DNA of 63,133 nucleotides, the filler included, from Vannella sp. (lineage: Eukaryota): NCBI GenBank assembly GCA_023345925.1. It is 7 parts of 7 records of this genome, joined end to end, with 100 filler letters (N's around TTAATTAATTAA, not from the genome) between each part and the next. Parts side by side here need not be neighbours in the genome. Positions count along the whole stretch, not along the records: positions 27,051 to 42,047 come from JAJQQN010001041.1; positions 42,148 to 50,431 come from JAJQQN010000192.1; 5 more parts are not named here. One strand, given 5' to 3'. The notes beneath the pieces are model-generated. The model was not told the DNA's origin, searched no databases, and saw only the letters and a program-made list of their open reading frames with translations. Shown here in pieces: positions 34,790 to 44,948 of the stretch; the stretch's first letter is position 1; each line of letters starts with the position of its first letter. The translations under genes and the position numbers were made by a program.

Positions 34790-36022
34790 ATGTCCGACGA
34801 AGACCGCACGCTTCCCCCTGGATTCCGCCTCACTGACTACACCAAACTCAAAGGGTGAGGTTGTAAAGTCCCACAAGCCACCCTCTTGAAGCTCCTGGAA
34901 GGTAAGGAGTCAGATGGAGCCTTCCGGCCGTTGTCCTGACCCTTCAAAGGCATCAGTGGCAGCGACACGATCGGTATGGATTGCAGTATTGTTCCTCTGC
35001 GCCATCCAGGTCTCTCTCTGATCTCCACTACTGATGTATGCCCCTACCATCCTGCCAACAGAGGAATCTTTCTAAATCAAAGGGCATGCGCAGTTCTTCT
35101 ACCCTCTTGTCGATGACCCGTACATGCAAGGGAAGATCGGATGCGCCAATGTTCTTTCAGACCTGTATGCCATGGGAATCGACAAATGCGACAACATGCT
35201 GATGATTCTCGCGGCTTCTCGCGACATGCCAGAGCGAGAGCGTGATATCTGCACGAAGGAGATGATACGAGGATTTAACGGTATTTAAGCGCTCTTTTCT
35301 GAGGCCTCAGCGACACTCTCTGACATGGAAGAACAGATCTTGCCCGCGAGGCGGAGACGATGATTACTGGTGGTCAAACAGTGATGAATCCGTGGCCTAT
35401 CATTGGTGGCGTTGCTACAAGTGTGTGTACTGAAGCAGAGTTCATTCGCCCCGAGCACCTGGAGATTGGGGACGTTATCGTCCTGACCAAACCTTTGGGG
35501 ACTCAAGTAGCCGTCAATGCGCACCAATGGTTGGCCCTCCAGAACGCTAGATGGGACCAAATCAAGGATATCATCACTTCTGATCAAGTGGAGAACGCCT
35601 ACCAAGCTGCAATGCACTCCATGGCGCGCCTGAACCGAACGGGTGCCAGATTGATGGTCAAATACGGTGCTCATGGAGCGACTGATGTCACAGGATTTGG
35701 TATTCTGGGTCATGCTTGCAACCTAGCACAGAACCAAGCCACTCCCATGGACATTGAGATCCACACTCTTCCAGTTTTCCGCCATCTTGCAGCTGTTGAC
35801 CAGAGAATGCAGATGTTCAGCCTCCTGCAAGGAACCTCTGCCGAGACATCTGGTGGACTGATGCTTTGTCTCCCAGCTGACCGTGCACAGGCATTCATGG
35901 ACGAGATTCAGAGAGTTGATGGCAATCCCGCGTGGGTTGTTGGCCGGGTGATCCCTCGCCAGGAAGGCAGTACGAAGAATGACGCACGGATCACCGCAGA
36001 CTTCGCCATTGTGGAAGTCTAA
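34790..36022 (+). CDS. SEPHS2: Selenophosphate synthetase, Sec-containing (SPS2-type selenoprotein); introns 34902-34949, 35036-35093, 35281-35336
   Basis: [14 protein letters not shown](34856-34858)-[50 protein letters not shown]. Confidence 0.93.
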
Positions 36023-36027
36023 CTGAG

Positions 36028-36263
36028 AGTTCAGGTCTCAGCCCAAAGGAAATGTCAAGTGAGTGCAATGTGGCCACGTCCTCCGCTTGGGACGAGCATT
36101 GTGATGACGTGTGTGATCTCAACAAAAGTGTATCCTCTGTGAAGCATGGATGGGAAGCCCTTTGGGTCCACACCAAGCTGAGACTGAACACTTTGTTGGC
36201 TCCGCCACATTGCCCTCGCGAGAGGTCTCCTGCGGGCGAGGCCCGGACCATAAAGACCTGACT
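36028..36263 (+). ncRNA. Highly structured SPS2 3' region (SECIS-bearing UTR or separate ncRNA)
   Basis: Nested helices 36028-38/36254-63, 36059-74/36204-19 (15 of 16 pairs), 36120-31/36188-98; wobble pairs are G-U on the plus strand. Confidence 0.5.
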
Positions 36264-36272
36264 TTGATTCCT

Positions 36273-36755
36273 TTATCCTTGAAGCACCCACGCGAGCAAG
36301 GTACGGCAGAAGTGCAAGTGAGCGAAGAGCACATTCGTTCCCAAGAGGAGATATACCCCAGAGCAGCCTTCAATGATGCGTAGCTGCTTGCGAGTGGTCT
36401 TTGTGTGGATCATGGAAGGGAATTGGAAGGTTTGGAAGGGAAAGGCCAACGGGACATGCCCAAAGAAGAGATCTACAAGGAGGTGGGAGATGGCGCTGAG
36501 GAAGATCACCGCGCTCACCTTTCCATCTCCCGATAATGACCATCCTGCAGCTGTCCAAAGAACAACAAAACACAAAGTGTGGCCGAACGAGCGCGTAGCC
36601 TTGCATACTTTGGTCCAGTAGAGAGCTTTGTCTAGTACGTCCGGTAGAAGAGAGCTGTAAACTGCAAGAACCTCGTAAAAGGGTACTGTGGAAAGGTTCC
36701 AACCGAAGCAGTGAACGAAGACAAGAGCACTGGCGATGTGAGAGAGAGGCAGCAT
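36273..36755 (-). CDS. Membrane metal-dependent hydrolase-like protein (YdjM / LexA-binding family)
   Basis: N-terminal His, SLLPDVLDK, RSFGHT, SHLLVD. Confidence 0.7.
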   Translation of the reverse strand: MLPLSHIASALVFVHCFGWNLSTVPFYEVLAVYSSLLPDVLDKALYWTKVCKATRSFGHTLCFVVLWTAAGWSLSGDGKVSAVIFLSAISHLLVDLFFGHVPLAFPFQTFQFPSMIHTKTTRKQLRIIEGCSGVYLLLGTNVLFAHLHFCRTLLAWVLQG

Positions 36756-36877
36756 ATTGCCACGTAGGTGTTCGGAATGAGTACTATTGGAGACCCCAGA
36801 GGGGTTTATTCGGACTCCATCAATGTACAAAGATACCATTCCCTGCCCAGAGAAGATAGTAGGATGGAGTGAAGGAG

Positions 36878-37151
36878 TTAGACGCCCAAGATGACGTTGT
36901 TGATGGGGATGTGCATCAACTTGACAAAGAACCCGATGAAGCCCATCAAAGCGAAGCCAATGAATGTTGCAGTACCAATCTTCAGGAACTCTGGAAAGTG
37001 GGGCTTAGTTCCATCGCGACAGAACACTGAGAGAGATTCTGCTCTCCTTACCTTTCTTGTCAGGCTTGCTGCAGGCCTTGATGAGGCGGTAACTATCCGT
37101 AGCAAATTGCTTGATAGGAGCGGGATCAACGACAGAGAGGGCTGCGTCCAT
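36878..37151 (-). CDS. SEC61G: Sec61 translocon gamma subunit (1 intron)
   Basis: [21 protein letters not shown]...[18 protein letters not shown]. Confidence 0.93.
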
Positions 37152-37571
37152 GTCAGGCCAGGTAAACAAAGAACTCCCCAAACGCCTCGCCCATTGGCCA
37201 GCTGGTCCGTGACGCGGCTGGACCAAAGGAGACCCCTCACGCTGAGATGATTTAACATAAATTTATTGGGACCTGAGGAGGAGAAGAGAAGCTCGATCAT
37301 CCTGACGTGCTGTCTCTACATGGAGATTCGAGGTCGAAGGTTTTTTTAATCACATGCGAGCTTCTCTCTTCCCCACAGGCACATAGTGAGGTTGTCTTGA
37401 GCTCCAGGAATAATTCCCTTACTCAGAAACACTCCTGCCGCTCGATACAACTAACCATGCCCTGATCAGGGACCCAGAAAGAAATGAACCCCGCCCCAAA
37501 TGTTTTCGCGGATCCTCAAACTTGACTTCAACATTGAACCTCATTTAAATGTGATTCATTCGATGGGCCTA

Positions 37572-40061
37572 TTAGTGGGTGGGGCAGGCAAGGGGAATGG
37601 AGACAGAGAAGTTTCGTCCAATAGCATCGAGGGTCAAGTGAGAGCCAGAAGAAGTGACCTGGATGCGGATCGGCCGATGGTTAACTTGGCGGGCGCCAGA
37701 TACGTTCTGGGCAGTGATGGTCACCTTTTCAGCCGAAGCGGTGGCTTCGAAGAGGGTCAAAGCAAAGTCACCTTCTTGGTAACCATAACCTTCTCCCGCA
37801 TCCTCGTAAAGGCGGCCAGTGGCGCTCCCCTGTTCATCGAGGAATACCAGCAAGGTTAAGATTGGTTCACTCTCTTGCTCGGTGAATTGAAGGACTGGTC
37901 CTAAAGGGATAATCGAGCCTGCTCTCTGAAGCAGTTTCGGGAGATTTCGATCCGAGACCTCCTCAGGATCCTCTAGTAGGTGCACTTGGCACCATTTGTG
38001 ATTTTTCGGTACGTATGGTTCCTCCTGAGGACTATCGTCGGGGCAGGCTGTGGAACATTGGACCAAAAGGTCCGATCCGAGGCAGAAGGAATGATCGATT
38101 TCCCTCAGTAATGGGTCTACAGGATCCGTGAAGAACAAGGGACGTGCTACAGGGAGTCCATTCGTACTTGCTTCATGAAAAAGGGTGTACAAGTATGGCA
38201 TGAGCACATAACGCCGTTGAATTGCTCGACGGCAGGTGTTTTCAGTGTCACTTCCAAATGACCAGGGCTCATGAGACTTTGTTCCATCACATGAGTGACC
38301 TCGTGCGAAAGGCAACATGGCTCCGATTCCCATCCAGCGGGCAAAGAGCTCAGGGGAGGCGTCTTCGAAGAAGCCTCCAATGTCAATCCCCGACAACGGT
38401 TGTCCAGAGAGCCCCAAGTTTAGAACCATTGGAATGGAGAAACTCAAGTGCCTCCAAGAGCTACTGTTATCGCCAGTCCAACAGGCAGAATAGCGCTGCC
38501 CACCAATGAAGTTGGAACGCGTCAGTACAAAAGGTCTCTTCGTAGGATTGGCTTGTCTCATTGGTGAGTAAGATATTCCATAAAGAAGAGTTTCGTACCC
38601 TTCATCACGCCGGCCCTGCTTGCTTGAGCCATCATCATACCATAGACATTATGGTAACGGCTTTGAGAATCCGGACCACCAAGGGATACATCCGCCTTTG
38701 GGTGATAAGAGAGTTTGGGGATTGTTCCTCCTTCTTGAAAGGAAGCGATTTCATTCATGTCGTTCCACACCCCATCGACTCCTTTCGCCATAAACTCGGC
38801 AAACAAGTCGCCCCACCATTTCCTCGTCTCCAGAGCGGTAAAGTCCGGGAACACCGAAGGTCCAGGCCATACAGTTCCAATCAGTGGCTCATCACATTCC
38901 TTTGATTGGGTAACCCAATGGCCCCCTTTCGAGCCCTCAACAAACACTTTGTACCCAGCATCATCAGCTTTGATTCCAGGGTCGATCATAAAGACAGACT
39001 TGAATCCAACTACCGCATAGGATCATATAATTCATTGCTGTCCTCAGTAAAGGGTCCCGCACAAGTCACTTACTGGAATGCAGTTCTTCATTGAGGCCCT
39101 CGGGGTCTGGAAAGAGGGCTGGGTCAAATGTAAAGCAGCGGTAGCCATCCATATAATGAATGTCCATCCAAATGACGTCGCAAGGAATCTCCTTCTCTCT
39201 GAAGGTCTTTGCGACTCGCTTGACTTCCTCATCCGGATAGTAGGACCATCTGCATTGCTGATAGCCTAACGCCCAACGAGGAGGCATCGCCATAGTCCCA
39301 CACAGATGCGACAACTCTTTTAGGGCAGCTTCAGGAGATGATGTGGAGATGATGTACACTGGAGCGGGTCCCAGAGGAGCCTCTGAGATAAAGTAGAGTG
39401 ATATCTGTCTACTGTCTCCAGTAGTGGTGTCTCTGCACATGTGAATGATGGTTCTGTACGTTGAATCAACGAAGATACCGAACACGCTTCCGTCCTCCTT
39501 CACGCACAAGACCCAAGGGTGGGCTTGATACAGGGACTCATAAGACTCATCGTAGAACACGGCATCTGTGGCCCAGCATACCGTGCTGCTCCGGGGACGG
39601 CGATAGCTCTTGTCTTTGGGGACTTCCGACTCGTCTCTTCGCTGGTCGTAGCCGCTGACGTGCTCATGAGAGGGATTCTCGGCCATGTCGTTGAGGAGGA
39701 GTCTTCCAGCGTTCTCACCCATCCCGTAAATAGACGTGCCCGCCTCTAAAGGAATGCGAACACCCTCCCACACCAAGTTGGTGGATGAAAAGGAGGCAAA
39801 TCGGACTTCAGGGAGGGAGGAAGGTCCCACTGATGACGTAGATACCTCTACACTGGGCGACTTGAGTGCGAAAGAGGGCAGAAGAGGACTAGAAGAGGAG
39901 TGTCGGGTCCGAAAACAAGAGTCAGAGATCGGCCCGCACGTGGAAGCGTCGACCAGGTCATCCCATTCCACTACCTTAGCCTCGTCCAAAGCCAATCTCA
40001 CCTCCTCCCTCTGTCTGAGTTTAATCTGATCCACCGGCCGAGGCGCAAACGCGACTTCCAT
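37572..40061 (-). CDS. Glycoside hydrolase family 31 alpha-glucosidase (2 introns)
   Basis: LYQAHPW, WALGYQQCRWSY, DVIWMDIHY, catalytic WNDMNE and WTGDN, LYEDAG. Confidence 0.92.
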
Positions 40062-40095
40062 GGCAGAAGAGCACCAAATGAGCCCAAACTTGTCT

Positions 40096-40117
40096 CTAGG
40101 GTTTAGGGTTTAGGGTT
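40096..40117 (-). promoter_or_regulatory. Telo-box-like element, copy 2
   Basis: CTAGGGTTTAGGGTTTAGGGTT, 34 nt upstream of the GH31 ATG. Confidence 0.55.
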
Positions 40118-40280
40118 CAAACTCTTCTGGTTCACAAAAATGCGAAGAGAAAAAGCTGAATGAGAGTAGAGAGTGAATAAGAGTTCCTATTTATGATCCC
40201 AACAGAAGCTCATTTGGTGCCAACAAAGTCAGTCTCTTGGAGGCCTTTCAGCCAAACAAGGACCAGCGCACGCCTTGTCT

Positions 40281-42047
40281 TCAATCTGGAAGGATATGTG
40301 AAGCCAGTAGGGAGGCTTGCTTCACCTGATCGCTGTCCTCACCAAAGAGTGTCTTCAAGATGGAGCAGGCTTTCTCAAGAAGTTGGTTTGCTTCAGGAAA
40401 GAAGGTTCGATGCGCTTGAATGCCTGCCATTGCCTTGTAGACCGCAGCAACGTCTTTGTTGTTCTCGCCAAACACTGTCTTGAAGATGACGAGGGCCTCC
40501 TCCAGGAGCTCCATTGCTCTCTCGAATGATCCCAGCCCTCGATGAATGATCGCCATATTGTAGAGAACTGATGCAACTTCTTTGTGATTCTCACCCAAGT
40601 CTCTCTTGTAGATGATGCAGACTTTCTCATTCAAGAGGAGTGCAGCTTCGAATGATCCTTGCTGCCGCTGAATGATGGCCATTTGATGGAAGATTGCTGC
40701 TACTTCTTTGCTGTCTTCGCCAAAGACTCTCTTTCTAATGACGAGGGCGCTTTCAAGAAGCTTCACAGATTCTTGGGGTGACCCATTCTTGCGACAAAGG
40801 GTAGCCAGGTCGATATAGACAGCAGCAACTTCCTTGCTGTCTTCACCAAAGACATTCTTGAAGATGTTACTAGCCCTATTATGCAAGCCCAGTGATTTTT
40901 GGTATGCACCTTTCTGCATGTGAACAATCGCCATATCTTGGAGGATTCCTGCAACCTCTTTGCTGTCAGCACCAAAGATCTTCGCATTGATGACTTGCGA
41001 TTTCTGAAGGAGTTGTAGCGCCTCCGGTAACGAGCCTCCCTGTTGATGAACAGTCGCCAATAACAATTGATAGATGTCGGCAGCGTCTCCACTGTCTTTG
41101 CCAAAGACTCTCTCTACGATAATGCGGGCTTCCTGAAGAAAACGGAGTGCCTCTTCGAATAGCCCTAGTTGTAGGCTAAAGACAGTCATGTTCCGGAGAA
41201 CCTGAGCAACTTGTATGCTGTCCTTGCCGAAGACTCTCGCTTTGATGTCGTAAGCCTTCTCAAGGAGCCTCAAGGCTTCTTGAGGTGATCCCTGAGCTTC
41301 ATGGATGAGCGCCATGTTATGGAAGACTGCTGCAACCTCTTTGCTGTCGTCACCAAAGGTTACTGTGAAGATGATGCATGCTTTGTCAAGAAGGGACATG
41401 GCTTCTTGGAACGCACCCTTCTTATAATGAATCGTAGCCATTTGCTGGAGGACTGCAGCGACATCTTTGCTGTTATTGCCGAGAACTCTTGCGAAGATGG
41501 CGTGGGCCCTCTGAAGAAGCAGCATTTCTTCTTCCAATTTTCCTTGCGCTGAAAGGACACCTGCCATTTGATGGAGGACGGCAGCAGATTCTTTGCTGCC
41601 CTCGCCAAAGACTTTCTCATAGATGGAGAGAGCTCCTTCAAGAAGCTGCCCAGCCTCCTTGAATGACCCTTGCTGTTGATAAATGGCTGCCTTAACTTGG
41701 CAGGTAGAAGCTACTTGTTTGCTGCCCGTTCCAAACTCTCCTTGGAAGATAAGATTGGCTCTCTCGAGAAGGAGCAGCGCCTCTTGGAATTTGCCTTGCT
41801 GCTGATGAATGATTGCCAGTTGATGCAAGACTACTGCAACCTCTGAACTTTGCCAGCCGAAGAGCTGGGAGCGGACAAGCAAGGACTGCTGATAAAGAGC
41901 CAAGGACTCTGAGAAGAGACCAAGGCAGAGTTGAGTGGCAGCAAGATCACAGAAAGGGTCCGCAGGGAAGAAAGGGTAACCGGCACGGATAACATAAAGG
42001 AATGAATGGGCCTCATCCCAAAGTTGCTGGGCAAAGAGAGCTTCAAG
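40281..42047 (-). CDS. 42-aa TPR-repeat protein (kinesin-light-chain / NB-ARC-TPR type), 5' truncated
   Basis: About 12-13 tandem repeats FGxDSKEVAAxxxxMAxIHxxQGxFxEAxxLLEKAxxI; reading continues through an intron to the contig edge. Confidence 0.85.
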   Translation of the reverse strand, partial: LEALFAQQLWDEAHSFLYVIRAGYPFFPADPFCDLAATQLCLGLFSESLALYQQSLLVRSQLFGWQSSEVAVVLHQLAIIHQQQGKFQEALLLLERANLIFQGEFGTGSKQVASTCQVKAAIYQQQGSFKEAGQLLEGALSIYEKVFGEGSKESAAVLHQMAGVLSAQGKLEEEMLLLQRAHAIFARVLGNNSKDVAAVLQQMATIHYKKGAFQEAMSLLDKACIIFTVTFGDDSKEVAAVFHNMALIHEAQGSPQEALRLLEKAYDIKARVFGKDSIQVAQVLRNMTVFSLQLGLFEEALRFLQEARIIVERVFGKDSGDAADIYQLLLATVHQQGGSLPEALQLLQKSQVINAKIFGADSKEVAGILQDMAIVHMQKGAYQKSLGLHNRASNIFKNVFGEDSKEVAAVYIDLATLCRKNGSPQESVKLLESALVIRKRVFGEDSKEVAAIFHQMAIIQRQQGSFEAALLLNEKVCIIYKRDLGENHKEVASVLYNMAIIHRGLGSFERAMELLEEALVIFKTVFGENNKDVAAVYKAMAGIQAHRTFFPEANQLLEKACSILKTLFGEDSDQVKQASLLASHILPD

Positions 42048-42147
42048 NNNNNNNNNNNNNNNNNNNNNNNNNNNNNNNNNNNNNNNNNNNNTTAATTAAT
42101 TAANNNNNNNNNNNNNNNNNNNNNNNNNNNNNNNNNNNNNNNNNNNN
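42048..42147. other. Artificial contig linker
   Basis: N/TTAATTAATTAA/N. Confidence 0.97.
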
Positions 42148-42832
42148 ACGCCTTCCATAGCGTGTTTGGAGAGGCTTTACAAGGATCATACACCTCAGTA
42201 AGCTCCGTTCTTCATGTTCTTCCCCGATAAGCTCCATCCCCCCGCTGCTTCTTCCTCACTTCTGTAGCGTGTCGCCAAAGGGACGTGTGTGCCCTGTAGA
42301 CTGCGACGGTAGGTTGCGATTCGACTGACGCCTAAGGACGGAGGAAGATGTGAAGTTTGGTCAGAATCTTGTCTCTCTCTTTCGCCCTGCAGTAGTAACC
42401 AGCTACCTTCATTGTTTCGTGTGTCACTATGGCCATTTTCTGGCTCTGCGTGGAGGCAGGAACACTTCCCCTCTCCAGTGCAGCATGGATGCCCGTCACT
42501 GCGGTGGTGGTGTTTGCTCAAATTGCCCTTACGTTTGCACTGGTAGCGCTCAATAGCACCGTTTTTTGAAATAAATTCGCAGACGAGGTGCTTGCACGCA
42601 AGCATGAACAGAGAAAAATGCGTCCCTTTTGGCAACCGAGAAACCTCTCCAATTCACCCTGACGTGGCCTCCTATGATTGGAATGGGCTTCTCCAGTCCG
42701 TCCATAAAGGCAACGTTCCTAGTGTGTTACGATCGAGCTCTTAAAATTCCGATCAGGGTTCACACCTTCTATTGTGATCGTGTCGCCGAACATAATTATT
42801 GCATAATAATAATTGTGTTTCTCGATGTCTGG

Positions 42833-43519
42833 TCACGTCTCAAATCGTTGGTTGTGTTGACTGAATAGCCAGCTAGCGTCCTTGGCCCATTGAATCAAAG
42901 CTGAGGCTTGCCGAGAAGGAGAATCGTATTTGACTTGCTCGCCTCCTTCAAAACTGCCCTGAAGATGAGACCCTTGCACAGAAGTGGTCTCGCATTGCTC
43001 ACAGGAAGATGGTTGGGAAGCTGGTAATGCGGAACTGCTTCTTCAACTCGCTCTCGCAAGTGGCATCGACCCTTCCCACGTTCCAAGGGAACTCCTCACG
43101 CGATAGGATGGATCCTGTCTTCTCCCACTGAGGCTTCATCGCAATGCAATGAGAGCAAAGCGGGGAGTAGCTGGCAGAGTGAGATATCAGCGAGAAGAGG
43201 TTGTGGGAACGTACAACTCCACCAACCAGGTCTCTTCAGGCTTCACAAGCTCCTCAAAGTTGTCATCTGTAAGCTGGATGACGTCAGACGCAGGATTGCG
43301 CTCTGCAGCCCGACATTCAAGCTCTTCTTTGTCCTCAAGAAGAAGAGGAGGAACCAGATTGCTGATATCGTGTAGTGGAAGCGATCCGGAGGGTTCAACT
43401 GAACCCCAAACGCTCACAACTAGGCACACTGATAAGACTATCAACACCAGAACGTTCACCCCCAGCAGGTTCCGCCGAAAGAGGCGAACACCGCCGCGGT
43501 CATAGCGGCCGTCGAGCAT
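42833..43519 (-). CDS. Thioredoxin/PDI-family protein with N-terminal hydrophobic segment, CSHC active site (2 introns)
   Basis: Spliced translation LTDDNFEE...WLVEFYSPLCSHC...VGRVDAT...ITSFPTIF. Confidence 0.82.
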
Positions 43520-43564
43520 GGGCGAGGAGGAAGTGCTTTTACATTAATACAGTGCCTTGCATCA

Positions 43565-44084
43565 CTAAGCAAGGTTTGGTTGGGCCACCCCTGTCCCACA
43601 ACCCTTCAGAACATCCAAAGAGCCTTGGAGTTGCCTTAGTCGGTCGATAACTCCTTTGATCACCGCGTTCTTCTGCTGGGCTTCCTTGAGAGTATCTTCG
43701 TCAGTATAAAGAAGGCCTGTACGAGTAAAACGGCACGTACCAGCCGTAGAGCCTCGTTCTTCGACCGCAAAGCTTCGATCCCTTCCGAGGAGCCGAAAGG
43801 ACGCTCTGAATGAAGAGGATGGCTCTTCTGAAAGGCCAAAGGTTCAGTAAGCTTCACAAGAGGGCTATGAAAGGTCGTACCACATGCTCATTGATCTTCT
43901 CTAGAGTCGAAGCGAGAGCTCGCATGTGCTCTGAGTAGGCCTGATGCCGCTTAAGCATCGCCTCGTGGGTGCGATCTTTTGCACACGTCCTGGCGAACAT
44001 CCAGTACACGTCATCCATCACAATCTGCGACAATTCCTCGGCTATCAGAAGAAGGTCTTCCAAACCCTCCGCCTTCTCGCCCAT
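43565..44084 (-). CDS. Small coiled-coil protein, possibly Mediator MED30-like (2 introns)
   Basis: Spliced C terminus QKNAVIKGVIDRLRQL resembles the recalled MED30 motif KNxxLKxxxDQLR. Confidence 0.4.
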
Positions 44085-44130
44085 GGCGGCTGGAAATGAA
44101 TGATTTGGTGGGCTACGAAGGATCAGTTCG

Positions 44131-44839
44131 ATGTTGCGCTACTTGTCGAAGCACGGAGGAGCGGTAGAGCGCTCTGTGGGGCTGAAGGGAGTTATCTTCG
44201 ATATGGACGGGACTCTGACGCTCCCCTGCATCGACTTTGACAAGATGAAGAGTCTGTAGGTCGCTAGTTATCATCAGCGTGACTCTCTGACCTCTGGGTA
44301 GCATGGGATTGCCTGCAGGCAAGGATATCCTCGGTTACCTGGCGGAACAGCCGCCTTTGGAGCAGGAACGCCTCCATAAGATCATTGCAGACGTAGAAGA
44401 AGAGGGAAGAAGGAACTTGGAGTTACAGGATGGCTGCTTAGAGCTACTAGCAACACTCAAAGCGAACAAGTTCCCTTTCGCTCTCATCACCCGCAACAAC
44501 CCCGCTGCAGTGGAGGCCTTCATGGCTCTATGCCGTAGAAGAAGCGAAGGGGAGCTACCACACTTCCATCCTGTCATCACACGAGACGATGGCGACGAGT
44601 TCTGCAAGCCCAAGCCCGGTGGGATGCTCAAGATCATCGAGGAGTGGCAGGTGAAGCCCGAAGAGGTGCTTGTTGTAGGTGATCATCTTCACGATGTCGT
44701 AGCTGGACGTGATGCCGGCTGTGCTACTTGCCTGATCCTCTGCGAAGAGCCCAACAATCATCACTTCAAGCCAGAGGCGGATCTCTTCATCTCCTCTCTT
44801 CGAGAGCTGGAGACTCTGAGCTTTGACATCACTCGCTAG
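44131..44839 (+). CDS. HAD-superfamily hydrolase (1 intron)
   Basis: VIFDMDGTL in exon 1; ITRN, KPKP, VGDHLHD. Confidence 0.9.
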
Positions 44840-44948
44840 CTCCACCCGCTGCATCAATGGAAGATATCATCAGAGAAGAGACTTTCATGGGGAGGAAGGG
44901 AAGGGGATGGACAGGGAGGCAGAGACCTGCTCAAGCAGGCAGAAGAGC

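Noticed and set aside
36130..36150. GCTTCACAGAG on the minus strand resembling plant SRP RNA helix 8
   Set aside because: The flanking AGG and AGCAG motifs are absent, and wobble pairs favour the plus strand.
42148..42635. 146-aa ORF at the contig start
   Set aside because: Probably a read-through of introns and 5' exons of a gene truncated by the linker; product not identifiable.
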